NCBI RefSeq assembly: GCF_964355755.1
Contig: NC_092674.1
Location: 20,150,001 to 20,214,000, forward strand
Length of the DNA: 64,000 bases
Direction: 5' to 3'
Source of the DNA: Antedon mediterranea
Lineage: Eukaryota; Animalia; Echinodermata
Shown here: positions 35,701-49,963 of the stretch, one piece after another
Numbering within the stretch: the stretch's first letter is position 1
How the letters are laid out: every line of letters begins with the position of its first letter
Notes under the pieces: model-generated
What the model was told of the DNA's origin: nothing
Databases searched by the model: none
What the model saw: the letters and a program-made list of their open reading frames with translations, nothing else
Translations under genes and position numbers: made by a program

Positions 35701-38700
35701 AGCTAAAATTACTGACAAAGAAGACATTTCCTTACCAACATAAACATTTCTTATAGGCTGCTCAGCAAAAAGAGGAGCTGCAACGTAAAGGTGATGATCT
35801 TGATGCTAAGATCAGGAAATCAGAGAAGGAGATCAAAGCACTGGAGAACACTCTGAGACTGATGAATGGTAGAAATGAAGTGTACAGGAAAAGTTTTAGC
35901 AAAGTTACTGAAACAAGTGAGTGAACTTTGTGTCAACATTCTCTTTATATTGTAACAAATTATAATAGATGTTTGTTCTTTAGTGAAGTGTGCTAATCAA
36001 AGATTTTATATAGCTGAAGGCTAGATCACAATAAACAATGTTATAGCAGGTCAAGAAGTGATTCTCCATGGTGAGGAAACCAACAAGATGGCAGCAGCAA
36101 TCGACCAATCAGATATGCCCTACGCAGTACGCACTACTACGCCTGTGTTGAGCCTATCTGCGTGAGAAGGATACGCAGCGTGTTAAGCGCATAAACGAGA
36201 ACGCATTCTATATCATCCTCAATTCAAAAAATGCTAGATTACCAAGAAATTATTCATTTTATATTTAATTTTATAAAAACTTAACTGTGTTGTAATTTAT
36301 GTGGTATTAATGTATTATATTAGATTATTATTTTTTATATTAAATAATGTTTTGAACACATTTACTGCCACTGTCTTGTTGGTTCCCCTCCTGTTGGAAT
36401 CACTTTCCAGTCTTGAGTACGCCCTCTAGTGTTCTTATTACATCTCGCTGGTGCTAACACATCACTTAATTTTTTACTTCAAAATATGTACTACAAATAC
36501 ATATGAAATACTTGAAATCAGTTAAATTAATTTTTTGTAAGATTAAAATTAGTTGTTTTAGTTATGTTATACATCATAACATGTTCAGAGAAAATATTGA
36601 GATGCACTTTTATATCTTAGGTATCAGCATTTATAGTAAACAATGGGTTTGCAGTCACTTGGCAGGCATGGCAAGGGTGGAAAATGCGTTTGGTCAACAC
36701 ACTTTCCACCTTTAGCTAACCAAAAAAAATGTTTTTTTTCCATATCCAAAATAATTGGGGAGAAATAAGTGGGAGGTGGAAGGATGACTTGATATATTGG
36801 GAAACTCCTGTGATTATTGGGGATACAATGGCTTGTAGTCTGCTGCTCTGATTATACAAATTATGCAGTTCCTCCAATTATATAAAGAACAAACATCGGC
36901 CTTAAATTTACAAACCATTTTCTTGTTTCTCTCTAGGCGAGGAGTATGAAGAAAAACAACAATTGGAAGAGCAGCTTAGAGCAGTAATGGACAAGTACAA
37001 ATACAAACGACGTCAGATACGTGAACTCCAAGATGACCTTGGCACAATGAGCAATACGCTAGATAACTTAGTGCGAGATGAGAATGCCTACTCAGAGATG
37101 ATTGGTGAAAAAGAGGTAACATTGGATTGTATACTAATATACAAATAATAAATGTTTATGAGTGCGATGGTACGAATAAGTTCATGAGGTGAATGATGAA
37201 ATTCCATTTTGACGATGCGGAGCCTGAGTGAAAATAGAATTTCATATTTTACCGTATAGCATTGTTGTTATGCTGTTGTTACAGGGTCATGTTGTCCGTT
37301 CCTTTATCGACAAATAGGAAATACACCGGGCACAATAATGAACTTACTAATATTTTGTGTGACCTACAATTTTCCAATCAAATGCACAGGAATCTATATA
37401 GGTGTTATATAATATTAATTGATGCATTTTAGAACATTATAAATAAAATGATTCAAAGATGCTGAATGGTACCCCTCACAAAATGTGTTGGTTTGTTTGT
37501 TTTTTATTTGCCATATTGCAATGGATAGCTGTACTGGTTGAAGTAACTGTCTTCATATAGACATCTAGTAGCCATTGACATAAAGTTGGCATTTTGATTA
37601 ATTAATTAAATTTATTTTATTCTTTACTGTTCTGAAAATGAAAAAAAAAAACAACTACTTATGCCACATAATCAACTTTACAGTGGTCATTTGATCCTTA
37701 CTTCCTGAAATATCTTTTATATCAACAATATTAATTAAAATGAAAAATGTATTATCTTCTTTCAGAACAAAATGCAACAGTTCAACAAAGAAATTGGAGA
37801 CCAAAAGGGAAAGATTGAACGAGTAAATAAACAGAATGCAAAATATGCAAGAGAACTAAGGACAGCAAAGAAGGTTAAAGGAGAAACACATGAAGAGGTA
37901 GGTTATAGTACAGTACTTTGTATTTAATTCTCAGTAAAAAAAAAGAGGTGTTATGACCCCATCAACCCATGACATGAGCCAAGTCAGCATCTACATGATA
38001 AACAAAGCATAAGGAAATTGTTTAAGTATGTACTTGAATGAAGTCATGTGAAATTATCTAAAAGGACCAATGCCCAATTCAAACAATGAGACAATCAGAG
38101 GCTTGTCTGTGGAGCTGGCACATGTCTCAAACATACTCATTCTACTCTGACACCATCAGTCTCACTGTCTACTACTTAAACAATACATTTAAATAGTACC
38201 TAACTTTTGATTGGAAAATCATATCATTTCTCATTTGAGTTCTAGATTTTTGGTTATCCTACTAAACTAATAGTTCTTGCTTCAACTTTTGTCTTTTAAA
38301 AGATTTTTCCCACATGATTCTAATTAGAGTCTGGCACTTCTAAAGACCGCTTTAAAAAAATTGTTATGTTTATTACAGCGTGACTTTGCATTACGTGAAC
38401 TACGAGATTTCAACAAAAATGTAGTGAAGCAGATAGGTGAAGTAATGCACGGACACTCTGACTTGACACCAACAGCTCAGATGCTGTTCTCACAGGTAAT
38501 CTTTACTTTGGAAGTTTGTTCAATACACATACTGAAAATGTATGCATGTATTTATTCATAATATTTCATGTGGAACTTCCTGTTTTGAAATACTGTAGGT
38601 TGTGCTTGAAGTAATTGAATGACTTCCATACTCTTCGCCAAAGACAGAATAAAATAATTTAACTTTTGGAACTGTAGTTGTGGTAATCATTCATTGTAAT

Positions 38701-39481
38701 AAAATAATTCCTTTTATTCTAGGCTGGTTTACCTGCACCACCACCACCAAGCTCACCCAACAAGTATGGTTCTCGACCTGGGTCTTCTCTCAGTGGACGT
38801 AGTGCAGGAAGTCTGGGTTCAGTAAGGTACGTTGTTGAAGGATATTTTAGAATTATAAATATGGTAAAGTATGCACATGTATGCACACACATGATAGACA
38901 ATGTTGCTAATGCAAATGTCATACCGCCCTCATTAGTTTTTTCAAGATAATTTTATTGAACTGTAGTTTGATGGATTTGATAATATCGTTTTCAAGATAT
39001 ATTGTAAAAAAATTTATGGTCATATTTATGATGTTGCCGTTCCATTATCTATCATACAAGGAATGTTGTTACTTTATCATTTTTTTTACTTTGCCAAAAA
39101 AAATGTGATGTGCCCAAATATGGTAGTAATATGACATCACATTTTTTTTCTACATAAAGTTTGATAGTAGATGCTAGAAAGAGCTTTACTACATACAAAT
39201 TATAAATGGAATGGTGTTTCTCTCAAAGAACCACGAATAAAAGCATAAAAATGTTTTTTCCGTCCAACAGAACCCCATCATCAATCCGTAGTGGAGGATC
39301 CAGTCGTACGGCATCTAGCAGAGCTGTATCAAGCAGAACTGCATCAGCTCACAAGGCCAGAATTGACCTGGAATTTGAAGTGTCTGGCTTCAGCCCTGGA
39401 CGTTCACCATCTCAAACTCCACCAGGGAGCCTGAGAGGGTCTCGGCCTCCTAGTGTTAGCAGTCATGGAAGTCGTCGTTAA
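26768..39481 (+). CDS. CCDC39: Coiled-coil domain-containing protein 39 (axonemal 96-nm ruler subunit), 20 coding exons, 2904 nt, 967 aa
   Basis: N-terminus [31 protein letters not shown]; [28 protein letters not shown]; [37 protein letters not shown]. Exons, all GT-AG and phase-consistent: 26768-26860, 27220-27339, 28365-28511, 29068-29226, 29516-29608, 30018-30146, 30660-30851, 31273-31376, 31493-31820, 32244-32408, 32733-32870, 33510-33626, 34975-35114, 35427-35502, 35757-35916, 36937-37115, 37766-37897, 38379-38495, 38723-38826, 39271-39481. Probable 5'-UTR intron 26538-26753. Confidence 0.95.
27458..27660 (-). mobile_element. Probable SINE/LINE 3' fragment with (TAA)n tail
   Basis: (ATT)n followed by ATTTATATAGTGCC...GTGCTC (L2-like tail on the minus strand) and CCCCTACTC..TCGAA, resembling a SINE core domain. 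Confidence 0.35.
30264..30356 (+). pseudogene. 5S rRNA-derived fragment (5'-truncated pseudogene or SINE3 head) in a CCDC39 intron
   Basis: TGAAACACTGGTTCTCGCAGATCACCAAAGTTAAGCAACGTTGGGCCTGGTT...ATGGGAGACCGTCTGGGA aligns by eye to animal 5S rRNA (A-box and C-box regions); followed by a short (TAA)n. Confidence 0.8.
31063..31192. mobile_element. ~130-bp foldback MITE, family A copy 1
   Basis: TIR CTGTCTACACaATCAAACT...AGTTTGATAGTGTAGACAG; related copies at ~39088-39187 and ~46811-46959 share the core GCCCAAATATGGTAGTGATATGACATCA. Confidence 0.7.
31952..32111. mobile_element. ~160-bp MITE, family B copy 1
   Basis: TIR AGGGAGCTTTC...GAAAGCTCCCT; related inverted copy at 41345-41518. Confidence 0.65.
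33659..34675. mobile_element. PIF/Harbinger-type non-autonomous element (1017 bp)
   Basis: TIR TGGCCGTATTCACCAATC...GATTGGTGAATACGGCCA; 3-bp TSD CTG (33656-33658, 34676-34678); many subterminal TTAAGGG motifs; internal tandem duplication. Confidence 0.85.
36048..36418. mobile_element. Degenerate MITE with ~45-bp imperfect TIRs
   Basis: AAGTGATTC...AACCAACAAGA at the left is mirrored by TCTTGTTGGTT...GAATCACTT at the right. Confidence 0.5.
39088..39187. mobile_element. MITE family A copy 2 (partial)
   Basis: TGTGATGTGCCCAAATATGGTAGTAATATGACATCAC...AAGTTTGATAGT shared with the other copies. Confidence 0.55.
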
Positions 39482-41344
39482 AATTGAAAAGAATGTGTAC
39501 ATTTTATGATTGTTAATAATATATAAATACAAATTTATTGAAAACATGCAAAGGGTTTTTTATTTCTTAACATAATCCATGCAACATGATGTGTATTTTT
39601 AGAATCCAAGAACATTTTTTAAGAGATTTTTTATGTTACAAAAAACATAATCAAATACAATTTTCAATTGGGAAACTGTCTTTGCCTTAAGTAGTGAAAT
39701 AAAACCTAATTCAAATTCAATTGGAAGTAATAAGGTACTTTAAGGTTCTCTTCAGGATGCTTAAGAAAGACATTTATTTTATGGCAATTTGAATTACTTT
39801 TTCCTTAAGAAAATCTGTCTGTTTTTGTGATCTTCGTTCAATGATTTATGTCTACATACATTGGTAGATTGCAATAAAATAGTAATATTATTTTTCCTAA
39901 ATAATTCCTTCATATAAAATAGTTGATATTCATTTGCAGTTAACTTAAATTCTATTATTATTTTTTGTGGAATTATATGCTGAATTCTAACAACAAAAAT
40001 GTATACAATATCTTGACTTACACCAAAACATTATGTTATAAATCTCTATATTTGTGCACAAATGTCACTATAACAAATTTGAATTTTTGAAATTTGTGTA
40101 TACATTTATAGCCCAGAATTACTGAAATCTTATGATCAAATATTTTGTTCTATTTGATTTTGTCAGTGGGCTAAAACCGGCAAATATTATAACATTTTAG
40201 GAACTGTTTCTGCTGCACAATAGTAATTTATTTCAAAATAGATTAAAATATAAAATGTATATACCAATTGCATTTTTTGTGCTCTAAAAAAACCTGTTTA
40301 AATCAGTGGGTGGTTGTTGGCTATAAAACTTCAACATCACCCAAAATGAAATGTGCTTAGATGACCGGGGTTATTTTGAGAATACCATTGCACTGGTTAT
40401 TTTAAAATTTGTCCCACTGCTGCCAATGAATTGGGTGTAATTTATTCACATGGATATTAGCAGTTATTTGCAAACATATCTTTGAAGAATTTTCAATAGG
40501 CCTAATGGTAAACAAAAGTAATATCATTACTTTTAATTATCGTAACACAAGTGAAATATGTGATTTTTAATCTTGAATATTCACCATATATACAATAATT
40601 CTTGATTAAAAGTACCAATGGATACAGTTTCATTAAATGTAAATATGTATTATAATATTGAAATTCTTATTAAATGTACAGTATATGAAGTGACTTAACG
40701 TTGTGTTGTAAATATTATTATTTTATTGTTATCGTTTTAGGTATAAGAAGTAATATTTTGTTTGTGCTAAACTATACTAAACAAATAATGAATGTTTAAG
40801 ATTCGCTGAAATATTCTATCCCATGAATACAATTATTATTTTATAATACACCTACTGTGAATATCAAAATATGGAATTTGGCTGTTTATTGACAGTGCAC
40901 ACTACATGTTGGTTTATGAACACGCTACAATCACAACCCTCGGGTTGGACAACATTATTAACACATCTTCAAAAAAAATGTGCAATGTAACACTTAATCA
41001 TCAGGATGGATTGAAATGATACATGGCACATAATACGTAATCAACCAATCAAATGCCAAAGATACATGTATGTGCTACAATTGAAATACTTTAAATATTC
41101 AGTCTCTATACAAGACAGTAGGCCTCTATTTTTGTCTACTCATCATTTTGTAGTGTGTCTGAAGGGTTACCTTTCTAACATTGGGTCAACTTGTCAGTCA
41201 TAATCTAATGTTTTACATTATTTTTAATCAGATAAAAATATTCTGAATGAGGACTTTCTGGAAAATGATACATTCTGTTGAACTGAATATTTTGTCTCAC
41301 AGTTATTTTCTTTTTTGGATATGAAATGAATTTTTATCATAATA

Positions 41345-41518
41345 TAGGGAGCTTTTGATTTGCGATAACCAAGAACCAACCGAGGTCAGGTCAATCAATG
41401 TACCTGGACCTAGTAACCTTCAAACCAACCTGTGTCGAGGTGAGGAGTGAGGACACGCTTCCAATATTCCAGCATGATATAGTTTGGTCATCAGTCGTCT
41501 CACATCGAAAGCTCCCTA
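41345..41518. mobile_element. MITE family B copy 2
   Basis: TAGGGAGCTTT...AAAGCTCCCTA; internal GAGGACACG matches 31952-32111 in the opposite orientation. Confidence 0.65.
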
Positions 41519-41899
41519 TTAACAATGCTTTCAAACATTTTGTATGACTATCTTAACATTTGAAATTACCATTCCACAGGTAATTATTTTATTTTTATGG
41601 TGAAGAAACAAAAAATACAGATATCACAAAAGTTACAGGCCTACAAACTACTTTGATAAAATAGTGACCTGTTTAAAGGAATACCTATACATAATCTAAA
41701 GGTGGGGTTGATGGACACAGAATTCAACAACACTAGTTAACACAGTCGCGCAAAATATTTAAGCATGATGATGTAGCAACTGGGTAACTGCGACTAGTTG
41801 CGAAAATTTGCATTTTGAAACTTATATACACGTGTCACAAGTTGTATAGAGTTGTTTTGTGAAATATTAAATTTAAAAATGAATTTAAATAAAATTATA

Positions 41900-42240
41900 G
41901 TTATCAATTATTATTGTTTTGTTGTTTTATTTTAATGTTCCTGTTCGTAATCTTCTTGGTAAACCCTTTCTTCATGTTAAATATTCTCCTGTCAATGTTT
42001 GTAAAAATGGTATTTTCTGTAGACTCTCGTCATTGTACAATTCCTGTCTTTTAAAAAATAATTCTTTAGATATCTTTAATTGTAATTTCTCTCAATTTAA
42101 ATGTATTATTAATGAAATTATTTAAATAATCTTATTTACATTTTTGTATATATTCATATTGGCTTATATTTTATAGTTTAGTTATTTTATTTTCAACCTG
42201 TTATTGGTGTTTTACACTGTTGGCTTGAAATAAAGAATAT
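41900..42240 (+). mobile_element. LINE 3'-end fragment
   Basis: LFYFNVPVRNL...PFLHVK...LDIFNCNFSQFK resembles a Jockey/CR1 ORF2 terminus; followed by an AT-rich UTR and AATAAA. Confidence 0.4.
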
Positions 42241-43706
42241 CAGTGTGATTATTAATTGAATAAATGCATGTGAATGATGAAGATGAAGAAATGTTTAAAC
42301 TTTTCACCTTTTGAAATATTGGATTGCGAGAGCAAGTCATGTTGAAGAAGTTTGCGTGCTACTCTTAACAGTTAACTTGTTCTCATTAAATTAAGGTTTG
42401 TTTTCCCTGTGGACTAATTGCTAAATCTATTAAACAGGGTGCTTTCACGAAAATCATGTCCACACAATTCAACTGGGTTGCAATTCCTTTCTCAAATCAA
42501 ACAGCACGGAAGGGTTTTCGTCAACCAATAAAAGACTATTGAGATACGTTGTGTCACCTTGCCCTCGGTGGTAATAAGAACCTAGGCGTTTTAAGACTGC
42601 GTTGTGTATTGTAGCATGTAAGTACTTTCACGGCCAAGCAGATAATTAAGTGGATTCAATTCTATCACGATGTAACAATTCGTGATAAAAGGATAATAGG
42701 TGGATATTCCTTTTGGTTGGCGCCTTGTTACGAAAGCCGAGTCTTGTCGCGTGAGTCTCCTTGTTTTCGATAACAGTTTATAAGATTAATCTGAGTGGCA
42801 AATAACTTCAAATGAACGCCCTGGGGGAATTTAACTCTCAGTCTCGGTATCTATCAACCACTGCAAATCTGATTGTAAAATTTGTCGCGGTGTGAAATAA
42901 ATCCGATTGGCGCTCAATGCCCAATTAAGTGTTTTTCTAACAATAAGGAATCATAGGCGGTTCATGTTTGTGCCTGTGCAGCGTAATTCTATTAATGTTG
43001 AAAGGTAATCTGGCAAACGCAAACAGTATCCGTATTGAGTGTAGACAATATGAAATCGAAAGATTAGATTTATGTAATAACATTAATCTATTCTGTTTAT
43101 TGATTGCTACTTTCGCCAAGATATTTGCACGATGAATTCTCTGTTTATGTTACAAATTAGTGAGCCTATCGATAGTCCAAGGTTTTACCAGGTTTTTAGA
43201 TGCTTTGTCCTGCAACAATGCAATCAATGTATATCTCTTTTCAAAGAACAAGTTGTGTTGACCATAACTTAGATAAACTAAACGATTGTGAAGAATAATA
43301 ATTGTAATGATTCAATTCATTAGTATCCTTGGATTAATCTAATCTTTTATCTAATTATCAATTTTCCTCGGACGCTCTTTTCATTAATTTCTAACATAAT
43401 TATTCTTGCGCCATATATTCTTAAGTACAGGGTTGTTAGTTGAGAACAAAAAAGTATAAGGGTTATAAAAATGTAACATAGGGTATAAGTTGTGCAATCA
43501 TTCGTTAGCCACACTGACGGGTGCTATAGGCCTACTTACAGAGGAAACAAATTGTCTGAAAAATGTGTACACAAATGTGTTGCTGTATTCTTAAAGTGGT
43601 CTGTATGGAAAATGTTACCTAGATTCTGCACATGTCGTTAGAATCATCTGACAACCAGGCATAGAATATACTACAAAAAAAACAAAAAAAATCTTCTAAT
43701 AAATAC

Positions 43707-44130
43707 GGAGCTTTTACACGAGCACGTAAACTTTAACAGATGACGTCCTTTACCCATTTGCATAACAGCGTAATTCAGCGAACAGTCAGTTGCATTAACG
43801 TACTTGTTCATTTTGATTTCGTTTCAACGGGAAGTGCATATTGTAATGAATAATTCTTATAGTTTAGCTTTATTAAAAACATAACTTTAAATCTACCATT
43901 GTGTTTTCTTAATTATTCTGTAGAAATGTACGATTCTTTCATGTTTCGTTACTCTTCAGTTAACATTTTTCTTTTACGCAGTTTTTCAGAAATAATTAGG
44001 TTCTCGACTCTGGCGCATGTAACCAAGGTATTTTGTACTACTTGCACATGCGCAGATCAATTTGTTTACAAATATGCGCATTTGGAAAATAGTGTTTAGA
44101 TTGACATTTATGTGCTCGTGTGAAATCTCC
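43707..44130. mobile_element. Harbinger-like MITE
   Basis: Imperfect TIR GGAGcTTTtACACGAGCACgTAAA / TTTATGTGCTCGTGTGAAATCTCC; TSD not intact. Confidence 0.55.
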
Positions 44131-44216
44131 TTATTTGGTATACGATTAAATATTTAGTTATTAAAAAAAATGTCTTGTTTCCTTTGCATATGCACGTCAA
44201 CTTTTCAGATCAAATA

Positions 44217-44640
44217 CAGCGGTGGCGCCAGGATCTTTCTGACGCGGGAGCTAAATTAAATACGAGCGAAGCGAGCATCGCTAGGTTGGGGCTAGGGGGT
44301 CGCCAAGGCCCCCTGGTGGGGGTCCAGGGGGCGAAGCCCCCGGAAACAACGCGTTATAGCGTAATTTGAGGCAGTTTTAATCAGATTTAGGGTAGCCAAC
44401 TTTTTCCATTTTGTATGGTATAGGCCTATAGATAAAATACTGTGCGATAAAACACAATACACGAGATCCGATGCGATGACTGTGTAAATCCATTCTTTCA
44501 ATTTTAAAAAGGAAGTTCAATATGCAGATTGTTTACAAAGTGGGCTGAGCTTGCGCATTGCATATTGGGAAATATTTTAAATCTTGGATTACGTAGTTTC
44601 AGTGTTTGTGAAAATCTCAATTTTGAAAATTCTGACTTCC
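44217..44640. mobile_element. hAT-like element end fragment
   Basis: CAGCGGTGGCGCCAGG terminus; GC-rich subterminal GGGGTCCAGGGGGCGAAGCCCC and CGAGCGAAGCGAG shared with the end of 13891-15157. Confidence 0.55.
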
Positions 44641-46810
44641 CTTGCATGTGCCACAAATATAATATTTGTAATACAGTAATATTAAATTGAATGTATAAAT
44701 TATTTATTTTACACTACTGTCTTATATTATGAAGATAAATAGTAGAGAATACATAAAAATACAAAAATCGTAAAATTTAATTTTTAAAAATACATATAAT
44801 AACATTAAAAGTGAAATAAGATTAGTTTGACAATTAGTGAAAAAGAATATTTTAATAGTAAATATTTGTATGGAATTTTTAATAAAGTTTCCTTCATGAA
44901 TATAAAAGTATATCTCAATACTTGAGAGAAAAAAATTCTCATGAAACAAACAAAGTTCAAATTTATCATTATTTGCAATGTATAACAGTTAATAGAGTTT
45001 GTAGTATTGTATTGTAAGTTGTAAATAGTTCTGTTCTGTTTTGTTTTTTGGACCGCACCGCATATTATGAGTGCCACCGATTTAAAGGTCAACAATAAAT
45101 ACATATTTTTTGCATATGTTATGTGTGTTTTAACTTTACTTTTCATTGTAAGTTAACCATTTTGAAACAGTATGTGTTACTGATGCAATCGAGCCAAAAA
45201 ACAAATTATTAATCAATTAAACAATCAAACCAAATAAGTAGAAATAAATAATTTCAAATAATAACCTGGGAAACTAGCTACATAAAACGGAAAACTCATT
45301 AAATTTTGTTTTGCTAAAATATCAATGGCAAAATTGATATAGTAAAAACAAATAATATAAAACATAAATATTTTTATTTTAATAATATACTATTCCTACT
45401 ATTTTTTTATCTTTAAATTAAAATAAACAATATGATAGCAAAAATCTTACAACATTATCTTAAAAACATCCATGATAACATAACTGAAATAGAAAAGAAT
45501 TGTTGTTCTAATGTTGTAATAATGTTAATGTATATAATAATTATGCCTACAGGCCTCAAAATAATTGCTGAACTGAAGGACAACATATTAAATCCTATTA
45601 TGGTCTGTCTGCAATTATTCACTAATAAGAAATAATATAACAACAGTAAACAGTACTGAAATGTACAAGACAGATTGTCGCAATCAATTTGATCAAATTG
45701 TTAATAATTGATTGACATAAATTGCCACAATTTATGTACCACACAAAAGCAAGTTTTGCCATGAGGTAACCAAATGCACAATGAGGGACACAGCCTATGG
45801 ATATTATTTCAAAGAAATCATCAATCATATCTGCCCACAAATAGCTATCAATGGGTAGATATTTGGAACTTTATTTATACACAAAAGTGTTGATAACCAA
45901 AAATTAATATTGTGATCAGATTCTAAAGAGAGAATATCATTTGACTAAGATAATATAGGCTAATGTGCTAGCAATACACTATGAACTGTTCAAAAGATGT
46001 GCTATTATACGAGAAGAAGAAAAGAATAGAATACTAACAGTGACCTAAAAATAATTTCTTTTGTACAACATGAAAGGAAATTAGACCAATGGTGTCTTCT
46101 ATTAAACATATGTGACAGCATATAATAGATTGTTATTCACTTGATCCTAGGTAACGTTACAACAAAAACCGATAGATCAAAAGATTTCTTTTTAAAACGA
46201 GGGAATGAGTAGTGGACAGATGAAAAATACGGAAACACTTCTTTTCAAGTTCATTCAAACAAAGAATTTAACATATCCGATCACGGGCGGCAAAAATGGG
46301 TAGATTCGGATGTGGCAACGAAGCGAGATAATCCAATGAATAGGAAGTATAAAGTTACATGAAATTACCCAACATGGTGTGAAACCTATGGTACCTGATG
46401 AATGGGATGCCTCGGTTGTTCAACTATCAGATGGATGTTTGTTTTTTTAATCAGCTATGTAGAGCTATGGTTTGATGATCCAGATATGAAATTCAAATTC
46501 TTTGAATGTAAATTGAAAAAAGTGAAACTTATTGAGAACAGAATATATGAGGACCTATATCTGAACATTATAATCCAATATTGTGAATATTTACAGATCA
46601 GAGTTTGTTTATTGTCATGGTTTGTTGTATATTGTATGTTATTTCTTTCAATCAAACAACATTTTATAATTAATATAAATCAATAATAAAATTTCATTCA
46701 ATCATTCAACAAATTTACAAAAAAAAGTTTCTTTTGGATTTACAGCCTTATTCAGTAGTTACAGTGGTTCATTTCTGATCATGATTTTGTTAAAAATTAT
46801 TCAAATTTCT

Positions 46811-46959
46811 TAAGCTCTGTCAATCTATGTATTAAACTAATTTGACAAAACAAAGTGTGATGTGCCCAAATATGGTAGTGATATGACATCATTGTGTCCA
46901 TATTGGGCACATCACATTTTTGTTGTCAATTAAAGTTTGACAGTGTAGACATTACCTTT
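46811..46959. mobile_element. MITE family A copy 3
   Basis: AAGCTCTGTC...GCCCAAATATGGTAGTGATATGACATCA...AAGTTTGACAGTGTAGAC. Confidence 0.65.
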
Positions 46960-49699
46960 ATGCACAGTACAGTTTTGTAGTTTTATTTCTGACAAGAAAA
47001 ATAAAAATCGCATGTATTGTGTATTTATTTTTTATATGGTCAATAAAGTTGTTTTGAAACAACTTATTTTAAATTTGTTTACAATATTAAATAACAGTCT
47101 TATCCAGTAGTTTATTTCATTTCTTTTATTCTTTGTCTAAAATGTATAATGGCCAGTATTGTTTTCAAATTTTTTTTCTGACAATAAACAATTTTATTGT
47201 GTGCATTTTAAATGATGAATAAAGAGTATTTGAGTTGTCCTTTTTTTTTACCCCGTCTCACAAACAAAATGAACACAGGTACCAACTTGAGGTTCAATTT
47301 GAATTTGAGGTTTACCAGATTGATATTCTAATATTATCACTTTTAATATAATTTTTAATCGCTAAATTTAAATACAATATTGATAACATAATGTAAAAAA
47401 ATAATACAGAAGATTATTTAATTTACTCCTAGGCTTCAAACTCTTGTAAATGTAAATTGTAAAAAAATAAAAAAAGTAATTCAAAAATGAATTATTGGAT
47501 TGAATTTAAATAAAAATTAATCCTTAATATTATAAAATAGGAAGTTTAGTTGATATATTGATAATCATTATATTGTGCTATTGAGTTTTGTTTAAAGGTA
47601 TCGTAGAATACATCTTAGACAAGTAGCAATCCAGTAAATCTTGTCATTAGGCTAATAGAAACTTTTAATTGAAGTCGTTTAATGTCTTTTAAAACCACTA
47701 CAAATGATATTATTACAACAACCCTCTTTAGCTCCATGTAAAGAACTGCTTTATTATTATAAAGAACATTAAATTGATTGCAGAATAGTAAACACAAGAA
47801 ACTATAAGCTGTATAATCGGTTGCAATGATAGTAAAAAAATGCGAGAAAGCTATGCGAGAGTTTTCGTAAGCCTTGACCCTGCAGCGTAAGCGAATACTG
47901 GAGGAATGAAGAGTATATGGAGTAGCGTTAAGGCTTAAATATTCTCAATCATGAGTTTTTCATCCAAGGCTAAGCACCGTTCACGCCACTTGGTACCGAC
48001 CACAAATCACTCTTACAAAATCCAATCCACTTCCTCGCATGAAATTTAAAAATCTTTTGAAAGCATTGACAAGTGAAAAGCAATCGGATTCGTAAATAAT
48101 TTTCATTTACTTTAAAGATTACTGCTATGGTAAGCGTTATTGAATAGAAAGTTTTGTGGACAAGTTCTCTCTCGTCTTTATCTTCTTATCCACATAATCT
48201 AATACTTTTCTTCGTTATAAGGACATTGAATGATTTTATATGAATTTTTTATGTCCATTAAATCTCAATCTTTTTCAAAGTAGATCCCACTAATTTTGGT
48301 TGAAGTAAAGAATTGACATACTCTTAATGTTTTGTAGCAAACTGAATTAATAGACTGCTCAATAGATCATCTCTTGCGTTCAGTATGTCTCTTCAACTAT
48401 TTTTTGTTTATCCTTTCAAATTGGAATGCTTTAGTTGAAGAAACCAATAAAGAGCCTGTGGATCATGTGACTAGCTTTATGACCAAGTCAAAATCCAGTC
48501 TGATGGTAATAAAATAATAAAGTATCATTACAATTTCAAAAAGCAAAATATCTAATCCAATATAAGCAATTAGTATTAAGGCATGTTTTTAAAAGATATA
48601 TTGGGCCTCTACAAATGACAAATAATAATTCAATAAATTACTTTATTTTTCAATGTAATTATTATTTTGTTAATAACTAGGGGCCAGAGGCCTAAAGTAA
48701 ATAAAGTCAGGCAATAAGCCTGAATGAATGAATGAATATAATTAACAAATAAATGTTCATTATGTTAACAACACTCATTAGGTATAATTTATCAGCAAAT
48801 ATTCAAGTATGATATTGATTTTATTTACCTTATGATTCATTTCTGTTTGGTTCCTAAAAAGTAAGCCTCATTAGTTGATTATACAAATATTTCATATTAC
48901 ATTTTTATATTTTTAAAATTTTATTTTTATATAACTTTATTTTTTGACTAAATGAATGTGTGTGTTGTAGAGTATTTTACTTTTTTTGGGATATCCTTTT
49001 AACTTGAGTCTTACAGTTGTTTTGTATGCTTATATTGTATGTATCTGTGTGACTCTTGTTAATAAAGTAAATCAATCAATCAATAGAAAGTGTGAAGAAA
49101 ACCCTTTTCATATGATTCCTTTGATCACCTAGAGTATGGGGCTAATATATTCAACATACTGTACTGTGAGGCCTAGAGCTAGATCTGATTCAAACTGCAT
49201 TTTATTTCTTGTTAATATAGTTAACAATTGGATTACTGATTTATTAACGTATTGATAACATCAAACTCAATGAGAACAGGCCTAGAGGTATTGTAGTGGA
49301 CAGTTAGTCTGTAATACCTAATAATCAAAGTAAACAACTTCTTATTACTTTAGTGTGAGCAGATATTGTCTCAAAAACAACACAGAATTCAAACTTTATC
49401 TGTATTCATTTTTTAAAATCAAATTAACTAAAATGAAATCAACTAAAATTAAATCATGTAGGTCATATATGTATGTCAGCTATATGATGAACAGTGAATG
49501 CTACTGTAAAGCTGTGGGTATACACACACTAGAAACAACTCTGTCATGTGTGCTTACGAAATCATATCTGATGTAGTGCTTGTGTGATTACCTATCTTAT
49601 ACTGTGTCGGTTTCCCCCCGATATAACTTTGATGTACCTCTGATAACATTAGGTTTCATATGTACAACCAGTATTTTTGTTGGTATTTGAACGTCAGTT

Positions 49700-49963
49700 T
49701 GCAAAAGATCTCTTAGGTCGACCACTAATCATTCTGCACTTTTTGTTCCACCCAGCCGCTTTAAGACCTATGGTGTTGCAGCTCAAAAACTGTGGAACAA
49801 TCTTCCTGATTCTATTAAAAATGCACGCTCTATCATAGTTTTCAAAACATTCTTAAAAACCCATCTTTTTTCTTTGAAATTTCTTTCTGTTTTTTTCTCT
49901 TAGCGCTTTGGGACAATCTTTTGATTGTATAAGCACTTTATAAATCAAACAACATTACATTAC
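49700..49963 (+). mobile_element. L2-clade LINE 3' end
   Basis: RSLRST...FVPPSRFKTYG.AAQKLWNNLPDSIKNARSIIVFKTFLKTHLF, then AGCGCTTTG...AAGCACTTTATAAAT stem and a short (CATTA)n tail. Confidence 0.8.
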
